Below the pieces are notes generated by a model. The model was not told the DNA's origin, ran no database searches, and saw only the letters and a program-made list of their open reading frames with translations. A program made the translations under genes and the position numbers. Source: an uncultured Gemmatimonadaceae bacterium (GTDB lineage: Bacteria; Gemmatimonadota; Gemmatimonadetes; Gemmatimonadales; Gemmatimonadaceae). From it: 64,000 bases of DNA. The DNA is taken from the NCBI GenBank assembly GCA_963716745.1, contig OY970320.1, forward strand, positions 416,001 to 480,000, given 5' to 3'. Each line of letters starts with the position of its first letter. Position 1 is the first letter of the stretch. Below, piece by piece: positions 1 to 10,969 of this stretch.

Positions 1-614
1 GCGAAGACACGCATGCGCTCGTGGTCCTTGATCCCCGGACTCGATTCTACCCCGGAGGAGACGTCGACGATATCCGGCGCCAGCGCGGCGATCGCGTGCG
101 CCACGTTCTCGGGCGAGAGTCCGCCGCTCACGACGAGGCGCGACCGCACGGGCCGCGCCCCCTCAGCCGCCCGGACCCAATCAAAGGCCCGTCCGGTGCC
201 GCCGAGCCGTCCCGGCACGAGCGTGTCGTACAGCAGTGCGTCGGCCTCGCCATCGAGTTCGTCCACGCGGTCGGCCGGCGCGGCGCCGCTGATCCGCAGC
301 ACCGCCCAGACGCGCGCGCCGCTCGCTTCGCGCACGCGCCGCACCTCGCGTGGCGTGGGATCGCCGTGAAGTTGCACGATATCGAGCCGCGCGATGCGCA
401 CCACGCTGGCGATCGCTTCGATATCCGCGTCGCGGAAGACGCCGACACGTTGCGCGGCGCCGCCAGTTCCATCGAGCACCAGGGCGGCGGCCGCCGGGTC
501 CATGTTCCGAGGGCCGCCTGCGAAGATCACACCCACGTACTGCGCCCCGCACATCGCCGCGGCGCGCGCGTCGGGCGCGCGCGTGAGGCCGCAGACCTTC
601 AGTTCAGCGCCCAT
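1..614 (-). CDS. trpF: Phosphoribosylanthranilate isomerase (3' end runs off the window)
   Basis: Manual translation MGAELKVCGLTR...VQLHG...GGTGRAFDW...SGGLSPENV...VDVSSGVESSPGIKD; overlaps trpC stop; not in the supplied ORF track. Confidence 0.93.
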   Translation of the reverse strand, partial: MGAELKVCGLTRAPDARAAAMCGAQYVGVIFAGGPRNMDPAAAALVLDGTGGAAQRVGVFRDADIEAIASVVRIARLDIVQLHGDPTPREVRRVREASGARVWAVLRISGAAPADRVDELDGEADALLYDTLVPGRLGGTGRAFDWVRAAEGARPVRSRLVVSGGLSPENVAHAIAALAPDIVDVSSGVESSPGIKDHERMRVF

Positions 615-1455
615 GCTCGCCGCCGCGATCCGTTCCGCGCGCCACGCCCGTCAGCGTGCGCACCGCCGACGCGGGATCGGCGGAGGCGGAGAGCGCCGAG
701 CCCACGAGCACCGCATCGGCGCCGCTCGCGGCGGCGCGTTCGACGTCCGCGCGGTCGCGCACGCCGCTCTCGCTCACCGCCACGCGGTCGCCTGGCACCA
801 TGGGGAGCAGTCGCGCCGCGACGGCGGGATCCACCACGAGCGTCTCGAGATCGCGCTGGTTCACGCCGATCGCCGGCGCTCGCGTGGCCGATGCGCGCGC
901 CAGTTCCCGTTCGGTGCGCACCTCCACGAGCGGCTCGAGCCCGAGCGCGATCGCCTCGGCGGCAAGTTCATCGAGCAGCGCGGGGTCGAGCGCGCGAGCG
1001 ATCAGCAGCACCGCCGAGGCGCCCGCCGCGCGGGCCTCCCAGAGTTGCGTTCGGTCCACCACGAAGTCCTTCCGGAGGAGAGGAACGGACACCGCGGCAC
1101 GTGCATCGGCGAGGTCGGCGAGCGATCCGCCGAAGTGCATGGGCTCGGTGAGGATGGAGATCGCCGCGGCGCCCCCGGCCGCGTAGGCCATGGCCTGCGC
1201 ACTCGCCGAGAGCGCCGTATTGATCTCCCCCTTGGAGGGCGAGCGGCGCTTCACTTCGGCGACGACAGCGATCGTTCCGCCGGCGCGAAGTGCCGCCGCG
1301 AAAGCGGGGACCGGTACGTGGCGCGCCTCAGCGGCCGTGCGTTCGAGCTCGGCTCGCCGGCTCGCCGAGAGTGCCCGGACCCGGTCTCGGGATTCGGCGA
1401 TGATCTTACCCAGCGTGCCGCCGGGCGGGGTCCAGGTTGGCATCGACGCTTGCAC
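604..1455 (-). CDS. trpC: Indole-3-glycerol phosphate synthase
   Basis: VAEVKRRSPSKG, ISILTEP..FGGS, LLRKDF, GVNQRDL, SESG motifs; start uncertain (GTG 1455 or ATG 1443). Confidence 0.95.
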   Translation of the reverse strand: MQASMPTWTPPGGTLGKIIAESRDRVRALSASRRAELERTAAEARHVPVPAFAAALRAGGTIAVVAEVKRRSPSKGEINTALSASAQAMAYAAGGAAAISILTEPMHFGGSLADLADARAAVSVPLLRKDFVVDRTQLWEARAAGASAVLLIARALDPALLDELAAEAIALGLEPLVEVRTERELARASATRAPAIGVNQRDLETLVVDPAVAARLLPMVPGDRVAVSESGVRDRADVERAAASGADAVLVGSALSASADPASAVRTLTGVARGTDRGGEHGR

Positions 1456-1498
1456 TTCGGGAATTATTCGGTTATCGTCCAGTTCGGCGTTACTTCGG
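1450..1498 (+). promoter_or_regulatory. Predicted lexA sigma70-type promoter overlapped by two TTCGG-N6-TTCGG repeats (candidate LexA operators)
   Basis: TTGCAC(1450-1455)-17 nt-TATCGT(1473-1478); TTCGG at 1456, 1467, 1483, 1494. Confidence 0.7.
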
Positions 1499-1542
1499 GC
1501 ACCACTCATTCGTTAAGCTATCACCTCTACGGGACTTGACGC

Positions 1543-2151
1543 ATGGCGCTCACCAAACGGCAGCGGGAGATCCTCGACTACCTCGCGGCGTACTCGGAGC
1601 AGAACGGCTACGCTCCGAGCTTCGAGGAGATCGCGCGTCAGTTCAACTATAACTCGCTGGCCACGGTTCACGAGCATCTCAGCAACCTCGAGCGCAAGGG
1701 TTACATCAAGCGTTCGTACAATGAGAGCCGCGCGATCGAGATCCTGCCGTCGGACGTGTTCCCGAAGGCCGTCGAGTTGCCGCTGCTGGGATCGGTGGCG
1801 GCCGGCACGCCGATCGAGGCGATCTCCACTGGTGAAACGCTCTGCGTTCCGGAAACGTTCATCGGCCGCGCGGGCAATCACTACGTGTTGCGCGTGCGCG
1901 GGAACTCAATGATCGACGAGCAGATCCGCGACGGCGACTACGTCGTGATCAACGAGCGCCGGACCGCCGACAACGGTGAGACGGTCATCGCGCTCATCGA
2001 CAACAGCGCCGCCACGGTCAAGAAGTTCTACCGCGAGCGGGACGGGCGGATCCGTCTGCAGCCCGCCAATGACACCATGAGCCCGATCTACGTGCACGAG
2101 AATGACGTGACGATCCAAGGGGTCGTCGTGGGCGTGCTGAGACGCTGCTAA
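1543..2151 (+). CDS. lexA: SOS repressor LexA
   Basis: LTKRQREILDY, PSFEEIA, VAAG cleavage site, VRGNSM catalytic Ser, ATVKKF catalytic Lys. Confidence 0.97.
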   Translation: MALTKRQREILDYLAAYSEQNGYAPSFEEIARQFNYNSLATVHEHLSNLERKGYIKRSYNESRAIEILPSDVFPKAVELPLLGSVAAGTPIEAISTGETLCVPETFIGRAGNHYVLRVRGNSMIDEQIRDGDYVVINERRTADNGETVIALIDNSAATVKKFYRERDGRIRLQPANDTMSPIYVHENDVTIQGVVVGVLRRC

Positions 2152-2201
2152 CACTGGAACGGCGCGTTTGGCAGCTGAGCGTATGGTACTGCCAACCCCT
2201 G

Positions 2202-3233
2202 CTAGCGCTTCGCGCTAGCGCTTTTCAGACGCTCCAGCGCTGCGGCGCCCGCCCCTGAATCGATCGCGCCGGCGGCCAGCTTCGCCGCCTCGAAGATGTC
2301 GGGCGCCAGGTCCGCCACGTAGATCGCGGCCGCAGCGTTCAATATCACGGCGCTCCGCGCTACACCTCGCTCCTTCCCCGCGAGCACGGCTTCGATGATC
2401 CGCGCGTTGTCGGAGGGCATGCCCCCCGCGAGACCCGCCGCCGAGCCGGCCGCCAGCCCGAACTTCGTGGGATCGATCGTCCAGGGCCGTACCTGACCGT
2501 CGCGCACCTCCAGCACGTGCGTGATCCCCAGGGGCGAGACTTCGTCCATGCCCGGCTCGCCGTGCACCACGAGCGCGTGCACGCTGCCCAGCGCGGCCAG
2601 AGCCTCGGCCAGCAGCGCGAGCCGGCCCACATCGGCGACGCCCACCACCTGACGTCCCGCCCCGGCGGGATTGGCGAGCGGCCCGAGCACGTTCATGACC
2701 GTCGGCACGCCGAGTTCGCGGCGCACCGGGCCCACATGGCGCATCGCGGGGTGCATCAGCGGCGCGAACATGAACACGATGCCGGCCTCGTCCAACACCC
2801 GGCGCATTTCGTCAACGCTCAGTTCGATGCGCACGCGGAGCGCCTCGAGAACGTCGGCGCCGCCGCTCCGGGTCGTGAAGGAGCGATTGCCGTGCTTGGC
2901 GACGCGCGCGCCGGCGCCCGCCGCCACGAGCGCAGCGGCCGTGGAGATGTTGAACGTCGCCACTTTGCCGCCGCCCGTGCCCGCCGTGTCCACGAGATCC
3001 TCGGGGCTCGACGCCGGGAGCGTGACCATCGCGTCGCGCAGGGCCATCGCGCCGCCCGTGATCTCGGCGGCTGTCTCCCCCTTCACGCGCAGCGCCATGA
3101 GGAGCGCCGCAACCTGCGCGGACGTGCCCTCCCCGCGCATCACCGCGCTGAACGCACCCGCCGTTTCCTCGGAGGACAGCGACTCGCCCGCCGCCAGCCG
3201 GCGGAGCGCGCCGCGCAACGCCTCAGCGGACAC
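2202..3233 (-). CDS. trpD: Anthranilate phosphoribosyltransferase
   Basis: DTAGTGGG, FNIST, AKHGNRS, GMDE motifs. Confidence 0.97.
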   Translation of the reverse strand: MSAEALRGALRRLAAGESLSSEETAGAFSAVMRGEGTSAQVAALLMALRVKGETAAEITGGAMALRDAMVTLPASSPEDLVDTAGTGGGKVATFNISTAAALVAAGAGARVAKHGNRSFTTRSGGADVLEALRVRIELSVDEMRRVLDEAGIVFMFAPLMHPAMRHVGPVRRELGVPTVMNVLGPLANPAGAGRQVVGVADVGRLALLAEALAALGSVHALVVHGEPGMDEVSPLGITHVLEVRDGQVRPWTIDPTKFGLAAGSAAGLAGGMPSDNARIIEAVLAGKERGVARSAVILNAAAAIYVADLAPDIFEAAKLAAGAIDSGAGAAALERLKSASAKR

Positions 3234-4539
3234 CGATGCTCTCGAGGAGGCGCTCCGGGAGCGCCGCGCGCGACGCGACGAGCGAGATCACGAGCGCGAG
3301 CAGCCGCACGCGCTCGACGTCTTCGTCCACGAAGACGCCGCGCTGCACGCGATTCGTGAGGTTGAGTACGCCGACCAGCTCGCCGTGGTAGACGAGCGGG
3401 AAGGAGATGAACGAGCCGGTGGTGAGATACTCGTCGCCGAGCAGCGGGTGGCCGCCCGCCTGCTCGACGTCCGTGACCAGCAGCGGCTCGCGGCTCTTCG
3501 CCACCTTGCCGGCCACACCCACCCCGATCGCGATCCGTTTCCCATCGGCGATCTCGGGCGCGAGCCCCTTCGACGCGGCGATGAAGAGTTCCTGCGTGCC
3601 CGGCGCGCGCAGCATGAGTGAACATCGCTGCGCCTGCATGTCGTCGCCCACGAGGGCCAACAGGCCATCCACGAGCTGGCGCGGATCTTCGGTCACCGCG
3701 TCGAGCCCGAGCACGCGCTCGATGAGATAGAGCGTGCGCGTCTTCTCCCGCAGCGATTCGCCGCGGCGATGCAACTCGATGTGCGCCTGCTCCAGCTGGC
3801 CCACCGCGGCCGCGACCTGCTGCTCCACCGCGTCGGCGCGACGCGTCGCGCGCCTCGCTTCCTCCTTGCTGCTCGCGCTCTCCTTCTCGAGCGCGACGAG
3901 TCGCTCCGGCGAGAGTGTCGCGGCGCCGGCGGTCGGAGTGTTCCGCGCCTGCGCGAGCGCTTGCTCCAGAGCGGCGAGATGCTTCACGTACTCACCGTGC
4001 ACGCGTTGCGTGACGTCCTCGAGCGTGCGCACCGCCTCGTTGCGCGCCTCCTGCTCGGCGAACCGCGCGTACGCGAGGTCGAACAGAGCGACGTTCGGCG
4101 CGAAGCGCTCCACCACGCGCGTGCCGAAGAAGCGCCGCGGCTCGAACAGCGCCACCACCGCCGACAGATGCCCGTCGGTCTGCACGCCGTGCAGCGCGAG
4201 CAGCCCCTCCTCGTTCAGCGCCGACGCGAGCCCGAGCAATCGCGCGTATTCGTCGGACTGGTCGCCGAGATCCGCGAACTGGCCGCCGCTCGAGACCTGC
4301 GTGCGGATGCGCGTGGGCAGATGATCCAGCGTCGTGTCCGCACGCACGCGCCGCACCGTCGAGCCGTCGGGCGTGAGCCGCTCGCGCAGGATCTGGCGGC
4401 GCGCGTCGAACGTGAATAGTGCCACGACCGCCGTGCGGTCCACATCGGCGAGCGCTTCACCCAATGCGACGAGCGCGGCGTCGAGATCCGAGGCCGCACC
4501 GAGCGCGTGCGCGAGCGAAGCGAGGGTACGTGGGGGCAT
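3223..4539 (-). CDS. GAF-domain protein with central coiled coil
   Basis: C-terminal GAF (GVAGKVAKSREPLLV...SFISFPL...LVGVLNL...F..ED); heptad-rich middle; possible N-terminal GAF-like region. Confidence 0.75.
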   Translation of the reverse strand: MPPRTLASLAHALGAASDLDAALVALGEALADVDRTAVVALFTFDARRQILRERLTPDGSTVRRVRADTTLDHLPTRIRTQVSSGGQFADLGDQSDEYARLLGLASALNEEGLLALHGVQTDGHLSAVVALFEPRRFFGTRVVERFAPNVALFDLAYARFAEQEARNEAVRTLEDVTQRVHGEYVKHLAALEQALAQARNTPTAGAATLSPERLVALEKESASSKEEARRATRRADAVEQQVAAAVGQLEQAHIELHRRGESLREKTRTLYLIERVLGLDAVTEDPRQLVDGLLALVGDDMQAQRCSLMLRAPGTQELFIAASKGLAPEIADGKRIAIGVGVAGKVAKSREPLLVTDVEQAGGHPLLGDEYLTTGSFISFPLVYHGELVGVLNLTNRVQRGVFVDEDVERVRLLALVISLVASRAALPERLLESIGVR

Positions 4540-4582
4540 TTGGTCTCGTGAGCGCCGCCGCAGTGGCGCGCGCGGGAGAGCG

Positions 4583-4612
4583 AATGTAGGGACGTAGGTT
4601 GCGCCGTGTCAA
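4583..4612 (-). promoter_or_regulatory. Predicted promoter of GAF-trpD
   Basis: TTGACA-18 nt-TACATT on minus strand. Confidence 0.65.
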
Positions 4613-4635
4613 TCGGTTCGGCGCTCGTGCGTCGC

Positions 4636-4664
4636 TTGCTTGGCCACTTCGCGGCCGGTAACTT
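4636..4664 (+). promoter_or_regulatory. Predicted truA promoter (leaderless geometry)
   Basis: TTGCTT-17 nt-TAACTT, 6 nt before ATG 4671. Confidence 0.6.
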
Positions 4665-4670
4665 TCGTGC

Positions 4671-5447
4671 ATGCCGGAGCGCACCGTCCAGCTCGTGTTG
4701 CAGTACGACGGCGCAGGATTCGCGGGCTGGCAGCGCCAGCCGGGTCAGCGCACGGTGCAATCGGCGCTCGAGGATGCGCTCGCGAGATTGTGCGACGCGC
4801 CAGTCGCGGCGCTCGGCGCGGGCCGCACCGACGCCGGCGTGCACGCCCGGGGGCAAGCGGCCGGCGTGCGCGTGCCGGCGAAATGGACGCCCGCCGAACT
4901 CCGCCGCGCGCTCAACGCCGTGCTTCCCGAGGACCTGTGGGTCGCCGCGGCGCACGAGATGCGGCCGGAGTTCCACGCGCGCTACAGCGCGACCGCCCGG
5001 CGGTACGGTTATCTGATCGGGCTCGATGAGGATGCGCAGTCCCCCTTTCGACGGCGCTGGGAATGGGCGCCCGCTCGCGCGCTGGACCGAGCCGTGCTCG
5101 AGGCCGAGGCGCGCGCCCTCTGTGGCGAGCACGTCTTCCTCGCGTTCGCGGTGGCCGGCACCGCGCCGCCGACAGATTCGCACAAGTGCACGGTGACGCA
5201 CGCCGCGTGGACCGATCGTCCCGGCGGGCTGCAATTCACCGTCGAGGCGAACCGTTTCCTGCATCACATGGTGCGCTTCGTCGTGGGCACCATGGTGGAC
5301 GCCGCGAGCGGGCGCCGCGCCCCCGGCAGCATCGCGGCACTGCTCGCGGCCATCCACAACCAGGAGACATCGCCGCCAGCGCCGGCGCATGGATTGTTCC
5401 TGGACTCTGTGCGGTACCCGAGCGATCTTTATGTCGTGCCCGCATGA
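4671..5447 (+). CDS. truA: tRNA pseudouridine(38-40) synthase
   Basis: YDGAGFAGWQRQ, GRTDAGVHA, FHARYSA, FLHHMVR. Confidence 0.97.
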   Translation: MPERTVQLVLQYDGAGFAGWQRQPGQRTVQSALEDALARLCDAPVAALGAGRTDAGVHARGQAAGVRVPAKWTPAELRRALNAVLPEDLWVAAAHEMRPEFHARYSATARRYGYLIGLDEDAQSPFRRRWEWAPARALDRAVLEAEARALCGEHVFLAFAVAGTAPPTDSHKCTVTHAAWTDRPGGLQFTVEANRFLHHMVRFVVGTMVDAASGRRAPGSIAALLAAIHNQETSPPAPAHGLFLDSVRYPSDLYVVPA

Positions 5448-6805
5448 CGATCACTCACCTGACCGCCCTGCTCGCCGGTGCGCTCGCCGCCACGCTCCCC
5501 GCGGCCGCTGGCGCACAGCATGAAGTGGATGCGCAGCGGCATACCGCGATCACGGAAGCGGTCGCGCGTGTCGCGCCCGCCGTGGTCACGGTGCAGACCG
5601 AGATCCTCGACAAGTCCACGAATCCGTTCGACATCTTCGCCGGCCGCGGCGAGCGCGTCGTGCCGGGGATCGGCAGCGGGATCATCGTGCGCAAGGACGG
5701 CGTGATCGTCACGAACGCCCACGTTGTGCAGGACGCGCAATCGATCGCCGTCGCGCTGCGCGACGGCACCACCTACCCCGCGCGACTCGTCGGCAAGGAC
5801 GAGATCAACGATCTCGCGGTGCTGCGGATCGACGCGACCGATCTGCCCGTGGCACCGCTGGGGAACTCCGACGATCTGATCATCGGCGAGTGGGCGATCG
5901 CGATCGGCAATCCGTACGGCTTCCTGCTCGGCAACTCCGAACCGAGCGTGACCGCGGGCGTGATCAGCGGCACGGGGCGCAATCTCGTGGCGCGCAGCGA
6001 GGGCGCGGCGATCTACGTGGACATGATCCAGACCGATGCCGCCGTGAATCCCGGCAATTCGGGCGGCCCGCTGGTGGACGCGCTCGGCGAAGTGGTTGGC
6101 GTGAACAGCTCGATCTTCACGCCGAGCGGCGGCTCGATCGGCCTCGGCTTCGCGATCCCGATCAATCGTGTGAAGCGCGTGACCGAGGACCTGCTCGCGC
6201 ATGGCGTGGTGCGGCGGCCGTGGGTGGGCCTCAAGCTCGAGATCCCCGCGGCGACCGCCAGCTCCCTGCGCGGTGGTCCGCGCGCCGCCATGGTGGTGAG
6301 TTCGGTGGTGCCGGGATCCCCCGCCGACAAGGCCGGCATCCAGAAGGGTGACATCCTCGAGAAATCGCGCAGCCGCGCGATCCACACGGCCTTCGATTGG
6401 GAGGCGGAGCTGCTCGACTTGCGCGTGGGTGAGCCGCTCGTGCTTACGGTGAAGCGCGGCGACAAGCATCTGGCGCTGAACGTGGTGGTGACCGATCTGC
6501 CCGAGGAGAACGCGCCGAAAGTGGCGGTGCTCCAGGAGCTCGAACTGGTCACGCTCACGCCGCAGATCCGCGCCGAGAAAGGGTTGCGGAGCCCGAAGGG
6601 CGCGCTCATCTACAAGTTGAGTTCGCGCGTGTCCGACGAGATCGGACTCGAGAAAGGCGACGTGATCGTCCAGATCAACCGCACACCCATCGAGAATGCG
6701 AACGACGCGCAGGCCGCCCTGCTCGCCGCGGGATCGAACGGTGTGATCCGGATGTTCTTCGAACGCGGCGGCCGCATCTACTCCACCGATTTCATGGTCC
6801 GATGA
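5444..6805 (+). CDS. HtrA/DegP-family serine protease with two PDZ domains
   Basis: Signal peptide, [32 protein letters not shown] overlap with truA. Confidence 0.93.
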   Translation: MTITHLTALLAGALAATLPAAAGAQHEVDAQRHTAITEAVARVAPAVVTVQTEILDKSTNPFDIFAGRGERVVPGIGSGIIVRKDGVIVTNAHVVQDAQSIAVALRDGTTYPARLVGKDEINDLAVLRIDATDLPVAPLGNSDDLIIGEWAIAIGNPYGFLLGNSEPSVTAGVISGTGRNLVARSEGAAIYVDMIQTDAAVNPGNSGGPLVDALGEVVGVNSSIFTPSGGSIGLGFAIPINRVKRVTEDLLAHGVVRRPWVGLKLEIPAATASSLRGGPRAAMVVSSVVPGSPADKAGIQKGDILEKSRSRAIHTAFDWEAELLDLRVGEPLVLTVKRGDKHLALNVVVTDLPEENAPKVAVLQELELVTLTPQIRAEKGLRSPKGALIYKLSSRVSDEIGLEKGDVIVQINRTPIENANDAQAALLAAGSNGVIRMFFERGGRIYSTDFMVR

Positions 6806-8239
6806 CCGATCACGAGAGTTACGCGTCTCCGCTGTCCGAACGCTACGCCTCGCGCGCGATGATCGCGCTTTGGTCGCCGCAGCGGCGTCACGCACTCTGG
6901 CGCCGGCTGTGGCTCGCGCTGGCCGAGGCGCAGCGCGAACTTGGCGTCGCCGCCGTCACCGAGGAAGGCCTGGCGCAGATGCGCGCGCACCTCGACGACA
7001 TCGACTTCAAGGCCGCGGGCGAGTTCGAACGGCGCTTCCGCCACGACGTGATGGCCCACGTGCATGCGTTCGGCGAGGCGGCCCCCGCGGCGCGCGCGTT
7101 CATCCATCTCGGCGCGACCAGCGCCTACGTCACCGACAACGCCGACCTGATCCTGATGCGCGAGGGACTCGTGCTCCTGCGCGCGAAGTGCGTGGCGGTG
7201 CTGCGCGCCCTCGCGAAGTTCGCCGCGCAATGGCGCGCCGAGCCGGCGCTCGGCTACACGCACCTCCAGCCGGCGCAGCTCACCACCGTGGGCAAGCGCG
7301 CCACGCTCTGGATGCAGGACCTCGTGCTCGACATCGCGGACCTCGATGCGCGCCTGGCCGCGCTCCCGCTCCGCGGCGTGAAGGGCACCACCGGCACGCA
7401 GGCGAGCTTCCTCGAGATCTTCAACGGCGATCACGCGAAGAGTGCGCCGGCTGGAAGCGCTCGTCGTCGCGAAGATGGGATTCGGCGCCGCGATCCCGGT
7501 CACGGGGCAGACGTACTCGCGCAAGCTCGATGCGCAGGTGCTGAGCATCGTCGCGGGCATCGCCGCGAGCGCCTCGAAATTCAGCGGCGATGTGCGGCTG
7601 CTCCAGTCGTTCGGCGAGATGGAAGAGCCGTTCGAGTACGAGCAGATCGGCTCCTCCGCGATGGCGTACAAGCGGAACCCGATGCGCGCCGAGCGCATCG
7701 CGTCGCTCGCGCGCTTCGTGCTCTCGCTCGAGCCCAACGCGAACCAGACGCACAGCGTGCAGTACTTCGAGCGCACGCTGGACGACAGCGCGAACCGGCG
7801 CCTCGTGATCCCCGAATCGTTCCTCGCCGCGGATGCGATGCTCATCCTGTACGAGAACATCGCGGGCGGTCTCGAGGTGCATCCCGCTCGGATCCGCGCG
7901 CGCGTGGACGCGGAGCTCCCGTTCATGTCCACCGAATTGCTCCTCGTGCGCGCGGTGCGCACCGGCGGCGACCGTCAGGCGGCGCACGAGATCATCCGGG
8001 GCCACGCGATCGCGGCCGCGCGCGCGCTCAAGGACGGCGGCGCGCGCAACGATCTTCTCGAGCGACTCGCGGCCGACAAGCAGTTCGGCGTTCCGCTCGC
8101 CGACATGCGCGCAGTGCTCGACGCGCCCGCCTTCACCGGGCGCTCGGCCGCCCAGGTGGACGAGTTCCTCACCGAAGTCGCCGCACCCATTCTCGAATCC
8201 TCACCCGCTACCACCGCCACGGAGAGCCTGCGCGTATGA
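6802..8239 (+). CDS. purB: Adenylosuccinate lyase (apparent frameshift ~7440)
   Basis: [24 protein letters not shown] across two frames. Confidence 0.93.
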
Positions 8240-9163
8240 CGTTGATGACGGAAAGCGACCTGCCACTCGAACGGATCGGGCGCGGCAAGGTCCGCGACAT
8301 CTACGCCGTGGACGCGGAGCGTCTCCTGCTCGTGGCCACCGACCGCGTGAGCGCATTCGATGTGGTGATGCGCGAAGCGGTACCGCGGAAGGGCGCCGTG
8401 CTCACGCAGATGAGCGCATGGTGGTGCAAACAACTCGAGGGCGATGTGGCGCATCACATGATCGCCGCGGATGCCGCCGCGATCGTGCGCGCCGTGCCCG
8501 CACTGAAGGGCAAGGAGCAGCAACTCGCCGGGCGCGCAATGCTCTGCCGGCGCACGAAGGTCTTTCCCATCGAATGCGTCGTAAGAGGTTATATTTCGGG
8601 CTCGGCCTGGAAGGAATACAAGGCGAGCGGCACACTGGCCGGCGAGCGGCTGGCCGCGGGCATGAAGGAGAGCGACCGGCTCGACCCGCCGGTGTTCAGC
8701 CCGGCGACGAAGGCGGAAGAAGGGCACGACGAGAACATCACCATCTGCACGCATGGCCGAGGTGATCGGCGCGGGAGACACGGCGGAGTTGGAGCGGCTC
8801 TCACGGCTCATCTACGAACGCGGGCGGGCGCTCGCGGCGACGCGGGGGATCATCATCGCGGATACGAAATTCGAATTCGGACGCGCGCCGGACGGCCGCA
8901 TCCTGCTGATCGATGAGGTGATGACGCCGGACAGCTCGCGCTTCTGGGCCGCGGACGCGTACCGCCCGGGCGGGACGCAGCCGAGCTTCGACAAGCAGCC
9001 GCTGCGCGACTACCTCGATGGCGAACGCAAAGCCGGCCGGTGGAACGGCGAGGCCCCGCCGCCGCCGCTCCCCGCGGAGGTCGTGCGCGCCACCAGCGAC
9101 CGCTACGTGGACGCCTATCGCCGCGTCACCGGCACCGAACTCGCGATCCCGGAGCTGTCGTGA
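8236..9163 (+). CDS. purC: SAICAR synthase (apparent frameshift ~8750)
   Basis: [42 protein letters not shown]. Confidence 0.93.
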
Positions 9164-9807
9164 ACTTCGCGCAAGAGGGGATGCCCTACATCTTCGGATC
9201 CGCCGCCATCGCGGCGGCGGCGCTCGTCGCCGCGCTCCTCATGCGTTCCTGGCCGGTTTGGATCGCGTTCGTGCTCCTGTCGGTGATCGCACTCTGGGTC
9301 TCGTATTTCTTCCGCGATCCGGAGCGCGCCGGCGAGCGCGGCGCGAAGCTCGTCGTGGCCCCCGCCGATGGACGCGTCGTCATGATCACCACCGTGGACG
9401 AACCCGAATTCCTCGGCGGCCGCGCGACGCGCATCTCGATCTTCATGAACATCTTCAACGTGCACGTGAACCGTTATCCGATCGGCGGCGGCGTGGCGTA
9501 CCTGAAGTACGTGCCCGGAAAGTTCCTCGACGCGCACGCGGAGCGCGCCAGCATCGAGAACGAGCAGAGCTCCATTGGCATTGAGGACGGCACGCGCCGC
9601 GTGCTCGTGCGGCAGATCGCCGGCCTCATCGCGCGGCGGATCATCACCTATCCGCACATGAACGACACCGTCGTGCAGGGCGACCGCCTCGGGCTGATCC
9701 GCTTCGGTTCGCGCGTGGACGTGTACGTGCCGGAGAACGCCGCGCTGCGCGTGAAAGTCGGCGACCTCCCCATAGCCGGTACCACGGTGCTGGCGGAGCT
9801 CAAGTAG
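9160..9807 (+). CDS. psd: Phosphatidylserine decarboxylase proenzyme
   Basis: [27 protein letters not shown] self-cleavage motif; GTG start overlapping purC stop. Confidence 0.92.
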   Translation: MNFAQEGMPYIFGSAAIAAAALVAALLMRSWPVWIAFVLLSVIALWVSYFFRDPERAGERGAKLVVAPADGRVVMITTVDEPEFLGGRATRISIFMNIFNVHVNRYPIGGGVAYLKYVPGKFLDAHAERASIENEQSSIGIEDGTRRVLVRQIAGLIARRIITYPHMNDTVVQGDRLGLIRFGSRVDVYVPENAALRVKVGDLPIAGTTVLAELK

Positions 9808-9808
9808 C

Positions 9809-10715
9809 GTGGACGAGCTCCGCCGCCCCAACATGCGCCGCGCGATCGTGCTGCTGCCGAACGGCTTCACGCTCGGCAATCTCTTCTTCGGCGTGTTCGC
9901 GATCGTCTCGGCGTACCGCGGCCACTTCGACTGGTCGGGCTGGTGCATCGTGCTGAGCGGGCTCATGGACGCGCTCGACGGCCGCGTGGCGCGCATGACG
10001 CGCACCGTCAGCCGCTTCGGCGTGGAGCTCGATTCGCTCGTGGACGCGGTGAGCTTCGGCGTGGCGCCGGCGTTCATCATGTTCTTCGCGGTGCTCAATC
10101 AGGAAGGATGGGCGTGGCTCTTCTGTTTCATTGACATCGCGTGCGTCGTGATGCGCCTCGCGCGATTCAACATCGAGCAGGGCGGCCGCGCGAAGACGCA
10201 TTTCCACGGGCTGCCGAGCCCCGCCGCGGGCATGACGCTCGCCACGTACTACTGGTTCAGCCAAACGCCGCTGTATACCAACACGGTGGTGGAGACCTGG
10301 CCGTGGCACACCGTGATCCCGGGGCTCATGGCGGTGCTGAGCTTCCTGATGATCAGCCACGTGCTCTATCCGGCGCTGCCGGTCATCAGCCTGCGCAGCA
10401 TCAAGAGCATCATCGCCTCGCTGTTCGTGGTCGGCGATCCTCGCGCTCGTCGCCATCCACCCCAGGCAGTACGCGTTCCCGGCGATGATGGTCTACGTGA
10501 GCTACGGTCTCGCGAAAACGATCCTGCTCGGCCTCGTCGAGGGCTTGCCGGGGCGCGATCCGCTCAACGACATTGAGGAAGACGAGGAGGGTGAGGATGT
10601 CGAGATGCGTCCTACGTCGCTCGCGGAGCGGCCCGGCGGCAAGGGCCGGCGGCGCTTCGGCCGCGTGCGCGAAGCCATGAACCCGTTCCATACACCGCCG
10701 GAGACCGGACCATGA
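9809..10715 (+). CDS. pssA: CDP-diacylglycerol--serine O-phosphatidyltransferase (apparent frameshift ~10435)
   Basis: [33 protein letters not shown]. Confidence 0.88.
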
Positions 10716-10969
10716 ACCGCTTCCGCGTGTCCGTGCATATCGTGCCGCGACCGGGGATCCTCGATCCACAGGGCAAGGCTGTGGCCGATGCGCTGCACAC
10801 GCTCGGCTTCGCCGGCGTCGCCGACGCACGCGTGGGTCGTCATATCATTGTCGACGTCGACGCCGCCGACCAGCGCGGCGCCGAGCAAGACGTGAAGGCG
10901 ATGTGCGAGCGGCTGCTGGCGAATCCGGTCACCGAGGATTTCGAACTCGCGGGGGTGCGCGCGCTATGA
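10712..10969 (+). CDS. purS: FGAM synthase subunit PurS
   Basis: [16 protein letters not shown]. Confidence 0.95.
   Translation: MNRFRVSVHIVPRPGILDPQGKAVADALHTLGFAGVADARVGRHIIVDVDAADQRGAEQDVKAMCERLLANPVTEDFELAGVRAL

Noticed and set aside
6802..8916. 704-aa PurB-PurC fusion ORF
   Set aside because: Produced by the frameshift near 7440; the middle is off-frame and the true PurB C-terminus is in another frame
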